Positions 8,898 to 18,073 of a stretch of DNA of 64,000 nt are shown here, piece after piece. The DNA lies in NCBI GenBank assembly GCA_034670305.1, contig JAXMNT010000002.1, positions 160,001-224,000 of the forward strand, in the 5' to 3' direction. A program made the translations under genes and the position numbers. How positions within the stretch are numbered: the stretch's first letter is position 1; each line of letters starts with the position of its first letter. The stretch comes from Deltaproteobacteria bacterium. GTDB taxonomy: Bacteria > Myxococcota_A > Polyangia > Polyangiales > Houyiibacteriaceae. The notes under the pieces were generated by a model. It worked only from the letters and a program-made list of their open reading frames with translations, was not told where the DNA came from and made no database searches.

Positions 8898-10727
8898 TCA
8901 TTCTTCCGGGGTGAGCCGGGCGTCGAGCAACTTCTCGAGTTCTTCGCGGGTGACGCCGAGTCGGCTCGCCACCTGCGAGGCAAGGCTCGTCGGGGCCACG
9001 CCTGGGACGAACTGGTAGGTGGGCGTCTCGCCGTCGAGCTCGACCTGAAGGAACTCGAGCCGCTCCACGAGCGCGTCCTGTTCGAGTGCGCGCGCGGCGT
9101 CGAGAAAGTGGGTGGTGAGAAACACTTGCGGGCGCGCGCGAGGCAGCAGCGAGAGCACCAGCTCGAAGATGGCGATGCCTTCGCCCGGGTTGGTGCCGGA
9201 GCAGAGCTCGTCCAAGATCACGAGTGCGCCAGGTCGAAGCGTCTCGAAGAGCCGCCGCACCCGCCGCAGCTCCGTGCCGAGCCGCCCCTCGCTCTGGTCC
9301 GCGCGACCGGTCTCGATGAGCGACAGAAACATGCCCGGCGCGGGCACGAGCCGCGCCGACGCCGCTGGTACGTAGAACCCGCCCTGCCCGAGCAACTGCG
9401 CGATCCCGATCGCCTGAAGCAAGCGCGTCTTGCCGCCGGAGTTCGGACCGGTGACCAGCACGAGCCCATCCGGATGTTTGGGCGCGAGGTCGCAGGGCAC
9501 CGGCGGTACCCGTTGCAGGAACAACAGCGGATTGAAGAGCCGTTTCATCGCGGCCGGTTTGTCGGAGGACATCTCTGCCAGACACGTCTGCAGCCCCTGC
9601 TGCCGCGCGACGGTTCGAAATCCGAGCGCCGCCAGGTAGACCTCGAGCTGGCCCACCAGTCGAAAACACGGAAGCACGAGATCTTCGAGGTCCTCGAACA
9701 CTTCGTCGATGACCTTGAGCAGGACTTCGTTCTCGCCGTAGCGGTAGCCGCGGATCCACGCGCGCAGCCGGGTGAAGAAACGCGACCACGCCGAACGCAC
9801 GTGTGGGTTGAGGGTGTTCTCCTTGGCGCGGAGCAACTCGAAGTCGCGAATCTTTCCGTCCGCGGCCAGCACCAGGCGCACTTCGACCGTCGCCAAGTTC
9901 GATTCGAAATCGAGGATCTGTTCGAGCCGCTGCACGACGCCACTGCCTCGGACGGATTCCCCGAGCTCCACGATGCGCCGAAGCGCGGAGGTCGAGTTGG
10001 CAAGCGCAGCGGACTCGTCGAGAAACGTCTTGAGGGTGGTGAGAACATCGATCTTTCGACGCACCGTCTCGTCCGGCAGCATCGCGCGTTCATCGAGCAG
10101 CGTGCGCAGCCGACGCAGCGAGAGGTACACCCGCTCGACCGAGCCACGGAGCTCGGCGTTTGACTCGAGTTCCCGAAGCACCCCCTGCCGGAGGGCGACG
10201 TCCCGCGCATCGATCGGAGGATGGGTGAGCACCCGTTCCAGGTGACCGAGGCTGGGTTGAAACCGTTGTTCGTCGATGACGATCGGGAAGGCCTCGGACA
10301 ACAGCTCCCGCAGGAACAGGCCGTCCGAGAAGGTGTCGGGGTCGAACTCAGAGGGGGCGAGTTTGCCCTCCTCGACGACCAACTCGAGCAGGCCTCCCGC
10401 GTCGCCGCTCTCGAACGCGAAGCGGAGCGCCTGCCGCAACACCTCGACGCCTTCCACCGCGAGGGGCGTGTGGTGCAACACATCCACCCAGCCCTCGGTC
10501 AGAGGCTTCGGAACGAGTGGTGGAACACCTTGCTCTTGGACCGAAGGTCCCCTCTCCCGTTCCGCCGCCTTCGCGCGGGCCTTCCGGCGGTCGCGTTCGC
10601 GGGGGGAACGCCAACTGGTCGAGGTCTTCGAGAACTCCACAAAAACACCTTCGCACATTCCCGGCCCCGAGGGGCCTGGCTCGCTTCGCGAAACCGGGGG
10701 CACCACAAACAACGAGGGCTCCGACAT
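8898..10727 (-). CDS. MutS-related ATPase (domain V type, no recognisable mismatch-binding domain)
   Basis: Walker A TGPNSGGKT, Walker B ILDELCSGTN, FLTTHF, GVAPTSLA; start uncertain. Confidence 0.85.
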   Translation of the reverse strand: MSEPSLFVVPPVSRSEPGPSGPGMCEGVFVEFSKTSTSWRSPRERDRRKARAKAAERERGPSVQEQGVPPLVPKPLTEGWVDVLHHTPLAVEGVEVLRQALRFAFESGDAGGLLELVVEEGKLAPSEFDPDTFSDGLFLRELLSEAFPIVIDEQRFQPSLGHLERVLTHPPIDARDVALRQGVLRELESNAELRGSVERVYLSLRRLRTLLDERAMLPDETVRRKIDVLTTLKTFLDESAALANSTSALRRIVELGESVRGSGVVQRLEQILDFESNLATVEVRLVLAADGKIRDFELLRAKENTLNPHVRSAWSRFFTRLRAWIRGYRYGENEVLLKVIDEVFEDLEDLVLPCFRLVGQLEVYLAALGFRTVARQQGLQTCLAEMSSDKPAAMKRLFNPLLFLQRVPPVPCDLAPKHPDGLVLVTGPNSGGKTRLLQAIGIAQLLGQGGFYVPAASARLVPAPGMFLSLIETGRADQSEGRLGTELRRVRRLFETLRPGALVILDELCSGTNPGEGIAIFELVLSLLPRARPQVFLTTHFLDAARALEQDALVERLEFLQVELDGETPTYQFVPGVAPTSLASQVASRLGVTREELEKLLDARLTPEE

Positions 10728-10813
10728 CCGTCGAAGCCCTCGGTTCCCCCTGTTGGACCGAACTGTCGGTCAGAACATCGGGTGTGGTTGGGCACGCGGA
10801 CGCGCCCTCCCAC

Positions 10814-11704
10814 TCAGCGCATCTGAATCGCTACGTTGATGGCGTCCCGAACGATCGAGACCTCCTCGACGGTGGACGCTTCGCGAAGCGCCGCGCGGGC
10901 GTCCGCTCCACCGACGCGGCCAAGGGCCCACGCGGCGGCCTGGCGAACCAGGTTGTCGCTGTCGCTTCGGAGCATGCCAGCCAGGGCCGGCACCGCTTCG
11001 GCGACACGCTTCGCTCCGAGCAGACGGGCCGAGCGCATACGGATGTACGCGTCGTCGTCGCCGAGCGTGGTCATGAGCGCGTCGTCTTCCCGGAAGAAGT
11101 TGACGAGCAGGACCTGGTCAAGCGCGGCACGCCGCACTTCGTTCGCGGTGTCACCGAGACCGGCCGCGATCGTGGCGTTGCCGCCCGGGTGGTTGAGCCG
11201 ACCGAGGGCTCGAATCACCGCTTCGCGAACCACCGGTTCGCCATCCGTTTCGAACGCCGTCACGAGGGGCGTGAGGCCACCCGCGTCGAGGAACTCACCG
11301 ATGGCGCTGGCTGCCCGAGCCCGTCGCGTCGCGTCCGCATCCGTCGCCAGGACAGCCTTCATGCGGTTCATGATGGCGCCGATGGCGAACGGGCGGTGAC
11401 GAAGCCACCAAGCCGAGATGCGGCGGGTCTCCGCGTTCGAGTCCTCGAGCAGCTTCTGCTCGAGGAGCGGCACGCAGGCGTGACACTCGACGCGCTCGCC
11501 GTACTCCAGCATCGCTTCGAGCGTGGTCGGCGCGGCGCTTCGGATGGCGTTCATGAGCTGCGCCTGGGTGGGCGCGCCCGTACCGGGGCTCAGTTCACCC
11601 CGCGCACGGTCGTGCGGGATCTCCTGAGCTTGGGTGGAGGTGCTGAGACCAGCGACCGCGAGCATCGCGGCGAGTCCCAGCAATGTTGCGTTTCGCTTGT
11701 TCAT
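10814..11704 (-). CDS. Exported HEAT/PBS-lyase-repeat protein
   Basis: Signal peptide MNKRNATLLGLAAMLAVAGLSTSTQA; repeats VREAVIRALG, VRRAALDQV, IRMRSARLLG, VRQAAAWALG. Confidence 0.85.
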   Translation of the reverse strand: MNKRNATLLGLAAMLAVAGLSTSTQAQEIPHDRARGELSPGTGAPTQAQLMNAIRSAAPTTLEAMLEYGERVECHACVPLLEQKLLEDSNAETRRISAWWLRHRPFAIGAIMNRMKAVLATDADATRRARAASAIGEFLDAGGLTPLVTAFETDGEPVVREAVIRALGRLNHPGGNATIAAGLGDTANEVRRAALDQVLLVNFFREDDALMTTLGDDDAYIRMRSARLLGAKRVAEAVPALAGMLRSDSDNLVRQAAAWALGRVGGADARAALREASTVEEVSIVRDAINVAIQMR

Positions 11705-11752
11705 CGTTTGCACCTTGTCGTTCGTGGTTGAGGTTGAGGTTCGAAGCATGGC

Positions 11753-14014
11753 TCAGTCCTCGTACTCGACGGCACCCCAGGCAGCGGCACCTTCAACGTT
11801 CTTGCGTGACCAGAACTGCCCACCGAGGTCGGCCATCTGGATGAGGATCAAACGATCCTCGCGGGAGAGGGTCGTGCCAGCGACATCCTCGAGGTGACCG
11901 ACACCGTCGAAGGCCCAGCGGCTCGGGTCCGCTTGCGAGTTGGCGTTGACGACTTCGATGAGACGCGAGGTGCGCGCGAGACCGGGCGTGACCCACTCGG
12001 GCGGCACATCGCCGACTGCGATGGAGTCGCCCATCATGGCCGACGGGTAGAGCAGCGAGACGTAGGACGCCGGGTACTCCGCGACTTCGTTCTCGTAGTA
12101 GGCGGTGACCGGGACGTCGGTGAGCAAGAGGTACGGAATGTCGTACTCGAGCATCTCGCCGTCCATGGTGGTGACCTGAACCTGGTAGGTGCGGCCCGCG
12201 TACATGTCCATCTCGCCGCCATCGTGGCAGGAGATGCAGTTGTCGTTGAAGACGTCCTGCACGTTGCGCGCGCTCGGTGCGCCGATCCACGGCAGCTCCG
12301 TGCGGTCCGGGATGGCCAGGTCGAACTCTTCCGGTCCGGCCTGCTGCGCAAGCGTGGTGGCACCGACGCGGGGAAGCACCTGACCGGTGCGATCCTCGTG
12401 GCAGCCGCCGCAGCGTCGCTCTTCACCCGGCATCGCCTGGATCCAGAGCATCTGGTTCCGGATGGCCATGCCGTACTCGTCGAGCGCCTGAAGGTGGTAC
12501 GGAAGCCGCGAGGGCACTTCCGCTTCCCAGGAGCCGTCTTCGTAGACCGTGGCTTCACCCACGATGGCGCCGCCTTCGTGCATGGTGAGACCGAACTCGC
12601 GGAAGCCGCCGCCGATCTCCGTCGAGAAGCCTTCGATGATGCGGACCGCGACGGTCTCGTCGAGTGCCGCGTCGAGCGTCATGCCGTCGAGCGAAGCCCC
12701 GCGCACCGTCTCGTTGAGACCGGTGATGGTGACGTCGATCGAGCCGAGGATGGACGGCGTGGAGGGGTCGGGCGCCGGCTCGAGCACACCGGCGTGAACC
12801 GGGGGGATGTCGCGGGGCGCGATCGGAATCGCGTAGGTGTCCCAGGTGTCGGGCTCGTCGAACACGAGCGTGCGGCGACGGGTCTCGGGGTCCCAGAGGT
12901 AGATGCCGAAGTCCGGCGCCGTCTCTGCGAGCTCGTTGCGCTCGTTCACGTCACCGTCGGCCCAAGCCACCAGGAACTGACCGTTGTCGAGCGGGAACGG
13001 ACGACGGTAGCGGCCCACACCGGAGGGCGGGCTCTCTTCGTCGCGCGGCACGTTGGGCGTGAGCACTTCGAAGGTCGCGTTCTGCTCGTCGAGCACCACA
13101 CCGGCCACTCCGCCACCCGCGCGGGCGTCGAGGTGAACCATGGCACCGGCCTGAATCGTTCCGCGACGGCTCGTCGCGATGCCGATGTACTGGCCTTCCG
13201 AGATCTCGTGGAACTGCACGAGGCTGTTGGACGGCTTGCCGCCCGTGCCACCGAGACCGACCATCTGGGTGCAGTCGGTGTTCATCGTCATCAGCTTCAC
13301 GTCGTTGACGGGGCCAAGGTGCTCCCAGCGAGAGAAGCCGACGCGGCCATCGCTCATGAGGAACGGGTCGGCCGAGTGGCTGAGGTTCTGCGCGCAGAGC
13401 CGACGGTCGGCGTCGCCGATCATCAGGCTCACGGTGGCGATCTGAGTGACCACGCGAGAGTGGTTGTACTCGTCCGCGCGGGTGCCCATTTCGGTGTAGG
13501 GCTGGTTGGTCACGAACGCGACGCGGTCGCCCGGTACGAAGACCGGTTTGACGTCGTGCCAGTCACCGAACGTGAGCTGGCGAATGTTCGCCGGCCCTTC
13601 CACGTTCGCCACATACAGGTGGTAGTGGCTGTCGGCGGCGTGGCGCATCGCGAACACGACCTGGGAGCCATCGAAGCTCAGGTCGATGCCGCTGATGTCG
13701 ACACCGTCGATCGGCGAACCATCGGTCCACGTCTCCGTGAGGTTCCGAAGTTCACCGGTTGGGGTGGGTGGTGTCAGCGTGTACACGCCGCCACCGGGCA
13801 CGTACCGCAAGTAGTCGATGGTTTGGTTCGAGCCGCCCGCAACGTTGTGGTCACCATCTGGGGTGACGAACGCGCGACGCACAAACACCATCGCCTGAAC
13901 ACCAGGCAAAACACTCTCGCCAGGGTCACCGTTCCCGCAACCTGGCAAAGCCAGGCTAGGTACCGCGAGCCCCACCGTGAGCGCGATCATCATTATTCGA
14001 GAGCGATAACTCAT
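11753..14014 (-). CDS. HzsA-related diheme lipoprotein with beta-propeller
   Basis: SD GGAGGA before ATG 14014; lipobox LPGC; PD40-like repeats; PYHLQALDEYGMAIRNQMLWIQAMPGEERRCGGCHE (HZS-alpha middle-domain-like); second motif CISCH. Confidence 0.8.
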   Translation of the reverse strand: MSYRSRIMMIALTVGLAVPSLALPGCGNGDPGESVLPGVQAMVFVRRAFVTPDGDHNVAGGSNQTIDYLRYVPGGGVYTLTPPTPTGELRNLTETWTDGSPIDGVDISGIDLSFDGSQVVFAMRHAADSHYHLYVANVEGPANIRQLTFGDWHDVKPVFVPGDRVAFVTNQPYTEMGTRADEYNHSRVVTQIATVSLMIGDADRRLCAQNLSHSADPFLMSDGRVGFSRWEHLGPVNDVKLMTMNTDCTQMVGLGGTGGKPSNSLVQFHEISEGQYIGIATSRRGTIQAGAMVHLDARAGGGVAGVVLDEQNATFEVLTPNVPRDEESPPSGVGRYRRPFPLDNGQFLVAWADGDVNERNELAETAPDFGIYLWDPETRRRTLVFDEPDTWDTYAIPIAPRDIPPVHAGVLEPAPDPSTPSILGSIDVTITGLNETVRGASLDGMTLDAALDETVAVRIIEGFSTEIGGGFREFGLTMHEGGAIVGEATVYEDGSWEAEVPSRLPYHLQALDEYGMAIRNQMLWIQAMPGEERRCGGCHEDRTGQVLPRVGATTLAQQAGPEEFDLAIPDRTELPWIGAPSARNVQDVFNDNCISCHDGGEMDMYAGRTYQVQVTTMDGEMLEYDIPYLLLTDVPVTAYYENEVAEYPASYVSLLYPSAMMGDSIAVGDVPPEWVTPGLARTSRLIEVVNANSQADPSRWAFDGVGHLEDVAGTTLSREDRLILIQMADLGGQFWSRKNVEGAAAWGAVEYED

Positions 14015-14219
14015 TTGGTCCTCCGACATCGGAGGGACACTGTGCAAAGTTCGATCCCAACCACTTTTCTCAATGATTACAGACACTACCGCATGTCCAA
14101 ATTGGGGTTTCGCCCCCCCAGTCTGACCTTTGAGGGGGCTCTGGCCCCCTGGTTTTCCTCCATGTTTTTCGGGGGATCGGGGAACACGAACCGGCCCGAG
14201 ACCAGTGTACAGTCCCGCC

Positions 14220-16736
14220 ATGACGCGCCTGTTCCGCCACGCCCTCTCTGCAGTCCTCCTCGCCGCTTCGGTCGGCTGCGGTCCCGCCATCACGGTCCAC
14301 CACCACGAACCAGAACGGCAGCCCGAACCCGTCGCGGCTTCACCGACGGTGTTCCCGGATGGATGGCAACCTGCGGCACCCCCGGTGCGCGACGGTGCGT
14401 CGGGCGCGCTCGGTGGACCGGTGCCCCGTGGCCTGCGCGGTCAGATCTGGTCGATCGAGTGGTCCCCGCACGGTGATGTCGTGGCGGTCACCACCAGTGA
14501 GAAGGAGGTTGCCCTCATCGACGTCCGGACCGGTGTGATCCGCGCCTACAAGCGGGTGATGGTGCGACGCGAAGACGTGGTGAACCTCGTCGGGTTCGAC
14601 CCGACCGGGACCCGGCTGGTGCTGCACGCGTACGACTACGAGCGTGGGCACATCGTCGTCTGGGACTTGCACGAAGACGAGTTCCACACCGTCCAGGTTC
14701 AGGAGTCCCAAGAAGCCCAGGAAGCGCCGTTCATCTGCGGCGCGGGGATCATCACGCAGGACGGAATCCACAACCGCTACATCCCGTTCGAGGGAGATGC
14801 CGGAAGTTTTCCCGTCGGGACTCCAGTGGGCATGCTGTCTCAGGGCACCCAGTGCTTGCTCCAGCGGGGCGGGGAGACGATGCGCGTGAGCGTGGCCGGC
14901 GAGACGCTTGGCACGTACGTCGGCAGCTTGCTCTCGGTGCACCCGACCGGCGCGGCGTTCATCGTCCGCGATGGCGAGACGTTGCACGTCCACCGCTCGG
15001 ACGGGACCGAGGTGGGTGCGATCCGAATCACGGACGGCACGTTGATGCGCGCGGACTGGACCCGCAGCGCGCTCTTCTTGGATGTGCGACCCGCCATCCC
15101 CGAGGCCGCGGTGGGCGAGACGCCCGGCGACCGGCCCGCACCCTACCGCGCCGAGTACGACAACACGCTCGCGGAAGTGGCGCGGTACGAAATCCCAGGC
15201 GACTCGTTCGGACTGGTCGGCCACGCGAGCCTCCACTCCGAGACCGCCGAAGGTCAGTTCACCGTGCGGCCGCTGACCCCGCTGGGCGAAGCCGCGTCCG
15301 AACCCACCCACCGACTTCTCGAGGCGTGGGCCGAGGACGAGGACGTGCCGTACGACGAGATGACCGGCGAAGAGATCCGAGTGGGGCGGTACACCGAAGG
15401 ACCTGCCGGAACCTTCTTGGTGGCGCGTGGCCGCGAGCTCTACTTCTTGAACCAGGCGTTCGAGATCGTCGGCACGAGCACGCCCGCGATGGGAGGCGAG
15501 AGTTCCATCTGGGGCACCCGCGACGATCCGAGTGGCGGTTATACCTGGGCGCGCGCGGGCACCGAGTACTGGGGTCCCGAAGGCGCGGTGCGGTTCACAT
15601 GCGACCAAGGAAACCCGCTCGAGGTGGAAGGCCTGCGCGCGTGGGCGAACGACTACCAGCTGTGCGTCGATGGCCGCGAGCCACGCCGCCTGCAATCCGG
15701 CGCGGAGAACGTGGAGCGCCGCATCATCGGCACCCGCGACAACGATCTGCTCGTCGCCAACATCGGTGCCGCCGACCCGCCGTCGATTCAGATCTGGGAT
15801 CCTGTGCGGTGGCGGGCCAAGCGCACCATCCTGTTGCCGCCGGGCACCACCGTCGAGTGCTACGACGACTACTGCCCGCTGCGGTACTTCCCCCTCGGTC
15901 GGGGCGGGCTCGTCGTCGATGACAACCAGGCGTACTGGGATAGTGGACGCGGCCGATTGCAGGTGCGGGAAAACCTGCCCATCAACAACATTCAAGCGAG
16001 GCCCACCGTCATCCTGATGGGCGGTCACGGCTTCTCGTTGCTGGATGCGCGCGGCCGGGTCGCGATGCAGCACGACGACGCGTCGATGCCCGTGCTCTCC
16101 GCCGATGGCTCGACGGTCGCCTACTGGGACAGCACCGCCTCCCAGGCCGTGGTCGCCGCGGTACCCGGCGGAGAGATGCGCATGCAAGCGACCCTCGCGG
16201 AAGGGGAACCGGTCCGCATCCTGCTCGAGGGAGACCTCGTGGCCTTTCGTCACGAGCAACAGCAGGCCTGGACCATCTGGCATGTGCCCAGCAACTCGCA
16301 GCGGGTGCGGCTCGGGACCACGGACACGTTCGCGCTTCTCGGTGGCAGCCGGATCGCCGTTTGCAGCGACGACCAACTGACGCTTCGCAGCGGGCTCGAC
16401 GGTTCGGTGACCGATCAACTCGGGGGCTGTGCGCTCGCCGACGACTTGAGCACCATCGAGAACGGCCATGTCCTCGTCGTGCGTTCGCGGACCCGCGCGA
16501 CGTTCGTTCGGTTGAGCGACGGTGCGCGGATCGAAGTCGGCAACGTCCGTGGCCCGAACCCTTCCGCGTTCGCGTTCCAGGGCGCGCGTGGGTGGCTCGA
16601 CGCCAACGCGGGCGCGTCGCTCCGATGGCGTGGTCCGGGGCCGATCGCGACCGCGACCATGGAAGAAGATCCCACGCCGCATCACGACCCGGACTTCTTG
16701 CGCGCGTTCTTCGCCCCGCCCCCGACCGGCGGGTGA
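14220..16736 (+). CDS. WD40-like beta-propeller lipoprotein
   Basis: Lipobox SVGC; IWSIEWSPHGD, VGFDPTGTRLV, VLSADGSTVAYWD repeats. Confidence 0.7.
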   Translation: MTRLFRHALSAVLLAASVGCGPAITVHHHEPERQPEPVAASPTVFPDGWQPAAPPVRDGASGALGGPVPRGLRGQIWSIEWSPHGDVVAVTTSEKEVALIDVRTGVIRAYKRVMVRREDVVNLVGFDPTGTRLVLHAYDYERGHIVVWDLHEDEFHTVQVQESQEAQEAPFICGAGIITQDGIHNRYIPFEGDAGSFPVGTPVGMLSQGTQCLLQRGGETMRVSVAGETLGTYVGSLLSVHPTGAAFIVRDGETLHVHRSDGTEVGAIRITDGTLMRADWTRSALFLDVRPAIPEAAVGETPGDRPAPYRAEYDNTLAEVARYEIPGDSFGLVGHASLHSETAEGQFTVRPLTPLGEAASEPTHRLLEAWAEDEDVPYDEMTGEEIRVGRYTEGPAGTFLVARGRELYFLNQAFEIVGTSTPAMGGESSIWGTRDDPSGGYTWARAGTEYWGPEGAVRFTCDQGNPLEVEGLRAWANDYQLCVDGREPRRLQSGAENVERRIIGTRDNDLLVANIGAADPPSIQIWDPVRWRAKRTILLPPGTTVECYDDYCPLRYFPLGRGGLVVDDNQAYWDSGRGRLQVRENLPINNIQARPTVILMGGHGFSLLDARGRVAMQHDDASMPVLSADGSTVAYWDSTASQAVVAAVPGGEMRMQATLAEGEPVRILLEGDLVAFRHEQQQAWTIWHVPSNSQRVRLGTTDTFALLGGSRIAVCSDDQLTLRSGLDGSVTDQLGGCALADDLSTIENGHVLVVRSRTRATFVRLSDGARIEVGNVRGPNPSAFAFQGARGWLDANAGASLRWRGPGPIATATMEEDPTPHHDPDFLRAFFAPPPTGG

Positions 16737-17887
16737 CCCCCACCCTCTCCAAGGAGGACGCACGCCGGAAGTTGCTGTCTCACCTCCGGCTGGCGACGTC
16801 GGAACCTGGAAGCGACGACGCGATCCGGGCGCTGCTCAAACACCTCCGATGCATCCAGCTCGATCCGCTCGACACGCTCGGCACCAATGCGGATCTCGTG
16901 GTGATGGCGCGCCTCACGGACGTGGCGCGCGGCGATGTGTACCGCGCGCTCGAGGCGCCCCACGCGTTCGAACACTTCGCCAAGGAGCGGTGCCTGCTGC
17001 CGGCGGACTCGTTCCCGTTCTACCGGCAGCAAGCGACACGCACCCCGCACTGGCGCACCGCAGAGCGTCACCGAGCGGTCCCAGAGAGTGTCCTCGACTC
17101 CGTACTCGACGAGGTGCGGCGGCGCGGACCGCTGGGCAGTGCGGACCTGACCGAGCGCGGACACATCGCGCAAGCCGGTCCGGTAGGCTGGAAGAGCACG
17201 CGCCGGATCGCAGCGCTCGCGCTCTACGTGTTGTGGGTGCAGTGCCGGGTGACCGTCGTTCGCCGGACCGGCCGCGGCAAACTCTACGACGTGCCGGAGC
17301 GCGCGTTGCCGGATCCGGAACCACGGGAGGGGTACGACCGCTGGGGCGTGCTCGAGCGCGTGGCGGCCGCGGGGTTGCTCGCTCGATCGACCGGACCGAC
17401 CTGGTCGATGTTGAAGGCGCAGCGGCAGACGACGGTCGACGCGATGTTGTCCGATGGGTCGCTTCGAGAAGTCCGCGTCGAAGGATCGTCGCGTCCCTTC
17501 CTGACCACCGAAGCGTTCCTCGAACAAGCCGTCGAACCCATGGACGACGACCTGCGGATCCTCGCGCCGCTCGACCCGCTCCTGTGGGACCGAAAGCTCG
17601 TCTCCCAAATCTTCGACTTCGACTACGTGTGGGAGGTCTACAAACCCGCCGCGAAACGTTCCTACGGCTGGTACGTCGTGCCGCTCTTGCACCACGGAGC
17701 GCTCGTCGCGCGCCTGCAAGGCCACGTGGACCGCAGCACCGAGAGCGCGACCTTGGTCATCGACGACGTGTGGCCCGAGTCGGAACGTTCGGTCGACCTA
17801 CCCGCGCTCGACCACTGCCTCGCCGACCACGCCGCACGCCTCGGCTGCAGCCACTTCACCCGCCCGCACCCAGACGACTTCGGCTAG
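16733..17887 (+). CDS. YcaQ/AlkZ-family (HTH_42) DNA crosslink-repair glycosylase
   Basis: Catalytic-type QxD motif (IQLDPL), LAPLDPLLWDR, FDYVWEVYKPAAKRSYGWYVVPLL; GTGA overlap with upstream stop. Confidence 0.85.
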   Translation: MTPTLSKEDARRKLLSHLRLATSEPGSDDAIRALLKHLRCIQLDPLDTLGTNADLVVMARLTDVARGDVYRALEAPHAFEHFAKERCLLPADSFPFYRQQATRTPHWRTAERHRAVPESVLDSVLDEVRRRGPLGSADLTERGHIAQAGPVGWKSTRRIAALALYVLWVQCRVTVVRRTGRGKLYDVPERALPDPEPREGYDRWGVLERVAAAGLLARSTGPTWSMLKAQRQTTVDAMLSDGSLREVRVEGSSRPFLTTEAFLEQAVEPMDDDLRILAPLDPLLWDRKLVSQIFDFDYVWEVYKPAAKRSYGWYVVPLLHHGALVARLQGHVDRSTESATLVIDDVWPESERSVDLPALDHCLADHAARLGCSHFTRPHPDDFG

Positions 17888-17894
17888 CAACGGA

Positions 17895-18045
17895 CGGCTT
17901 CGGCTTCGGCTTTGGCTTCGGCGTCGGCTTCGGCTTCGGCATCGGCTTCGGCTTCGGCTTCGGCGTCGGCTTCGGCTTCGGATTCGGATTCGGCTTCGGG
18001 CTCAACCAACGAAGGGCAAGGGCACGGGCACGGGCACGGGCAAGG
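17895..18045. repeat. Composite hexamer element 1: (GGCNTC)n + linker + (GGGCAM)n
   Basis: GGCTTC-type tract 17896-17999; GGGCAA/GGGCAC tract 18014-18045; between convergent genes. Confidence 0.9.
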
Positions 18046-18073
18046 AACCCCTGGTTCTGCCGCGAGCGCTCTG

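Noticed and set aside
11470-11500. ECHACV in the HEAT protein as a heme c site
   Set aside because: CxxC is followed by Val, not His
5679-14014. Anammox hydrazine synthase pathway
   Set aside because: Only alpha-like domains are present; no hzsB/hzsC-like or hydrazine dehydrogenase genes, and the context is myxobacterial
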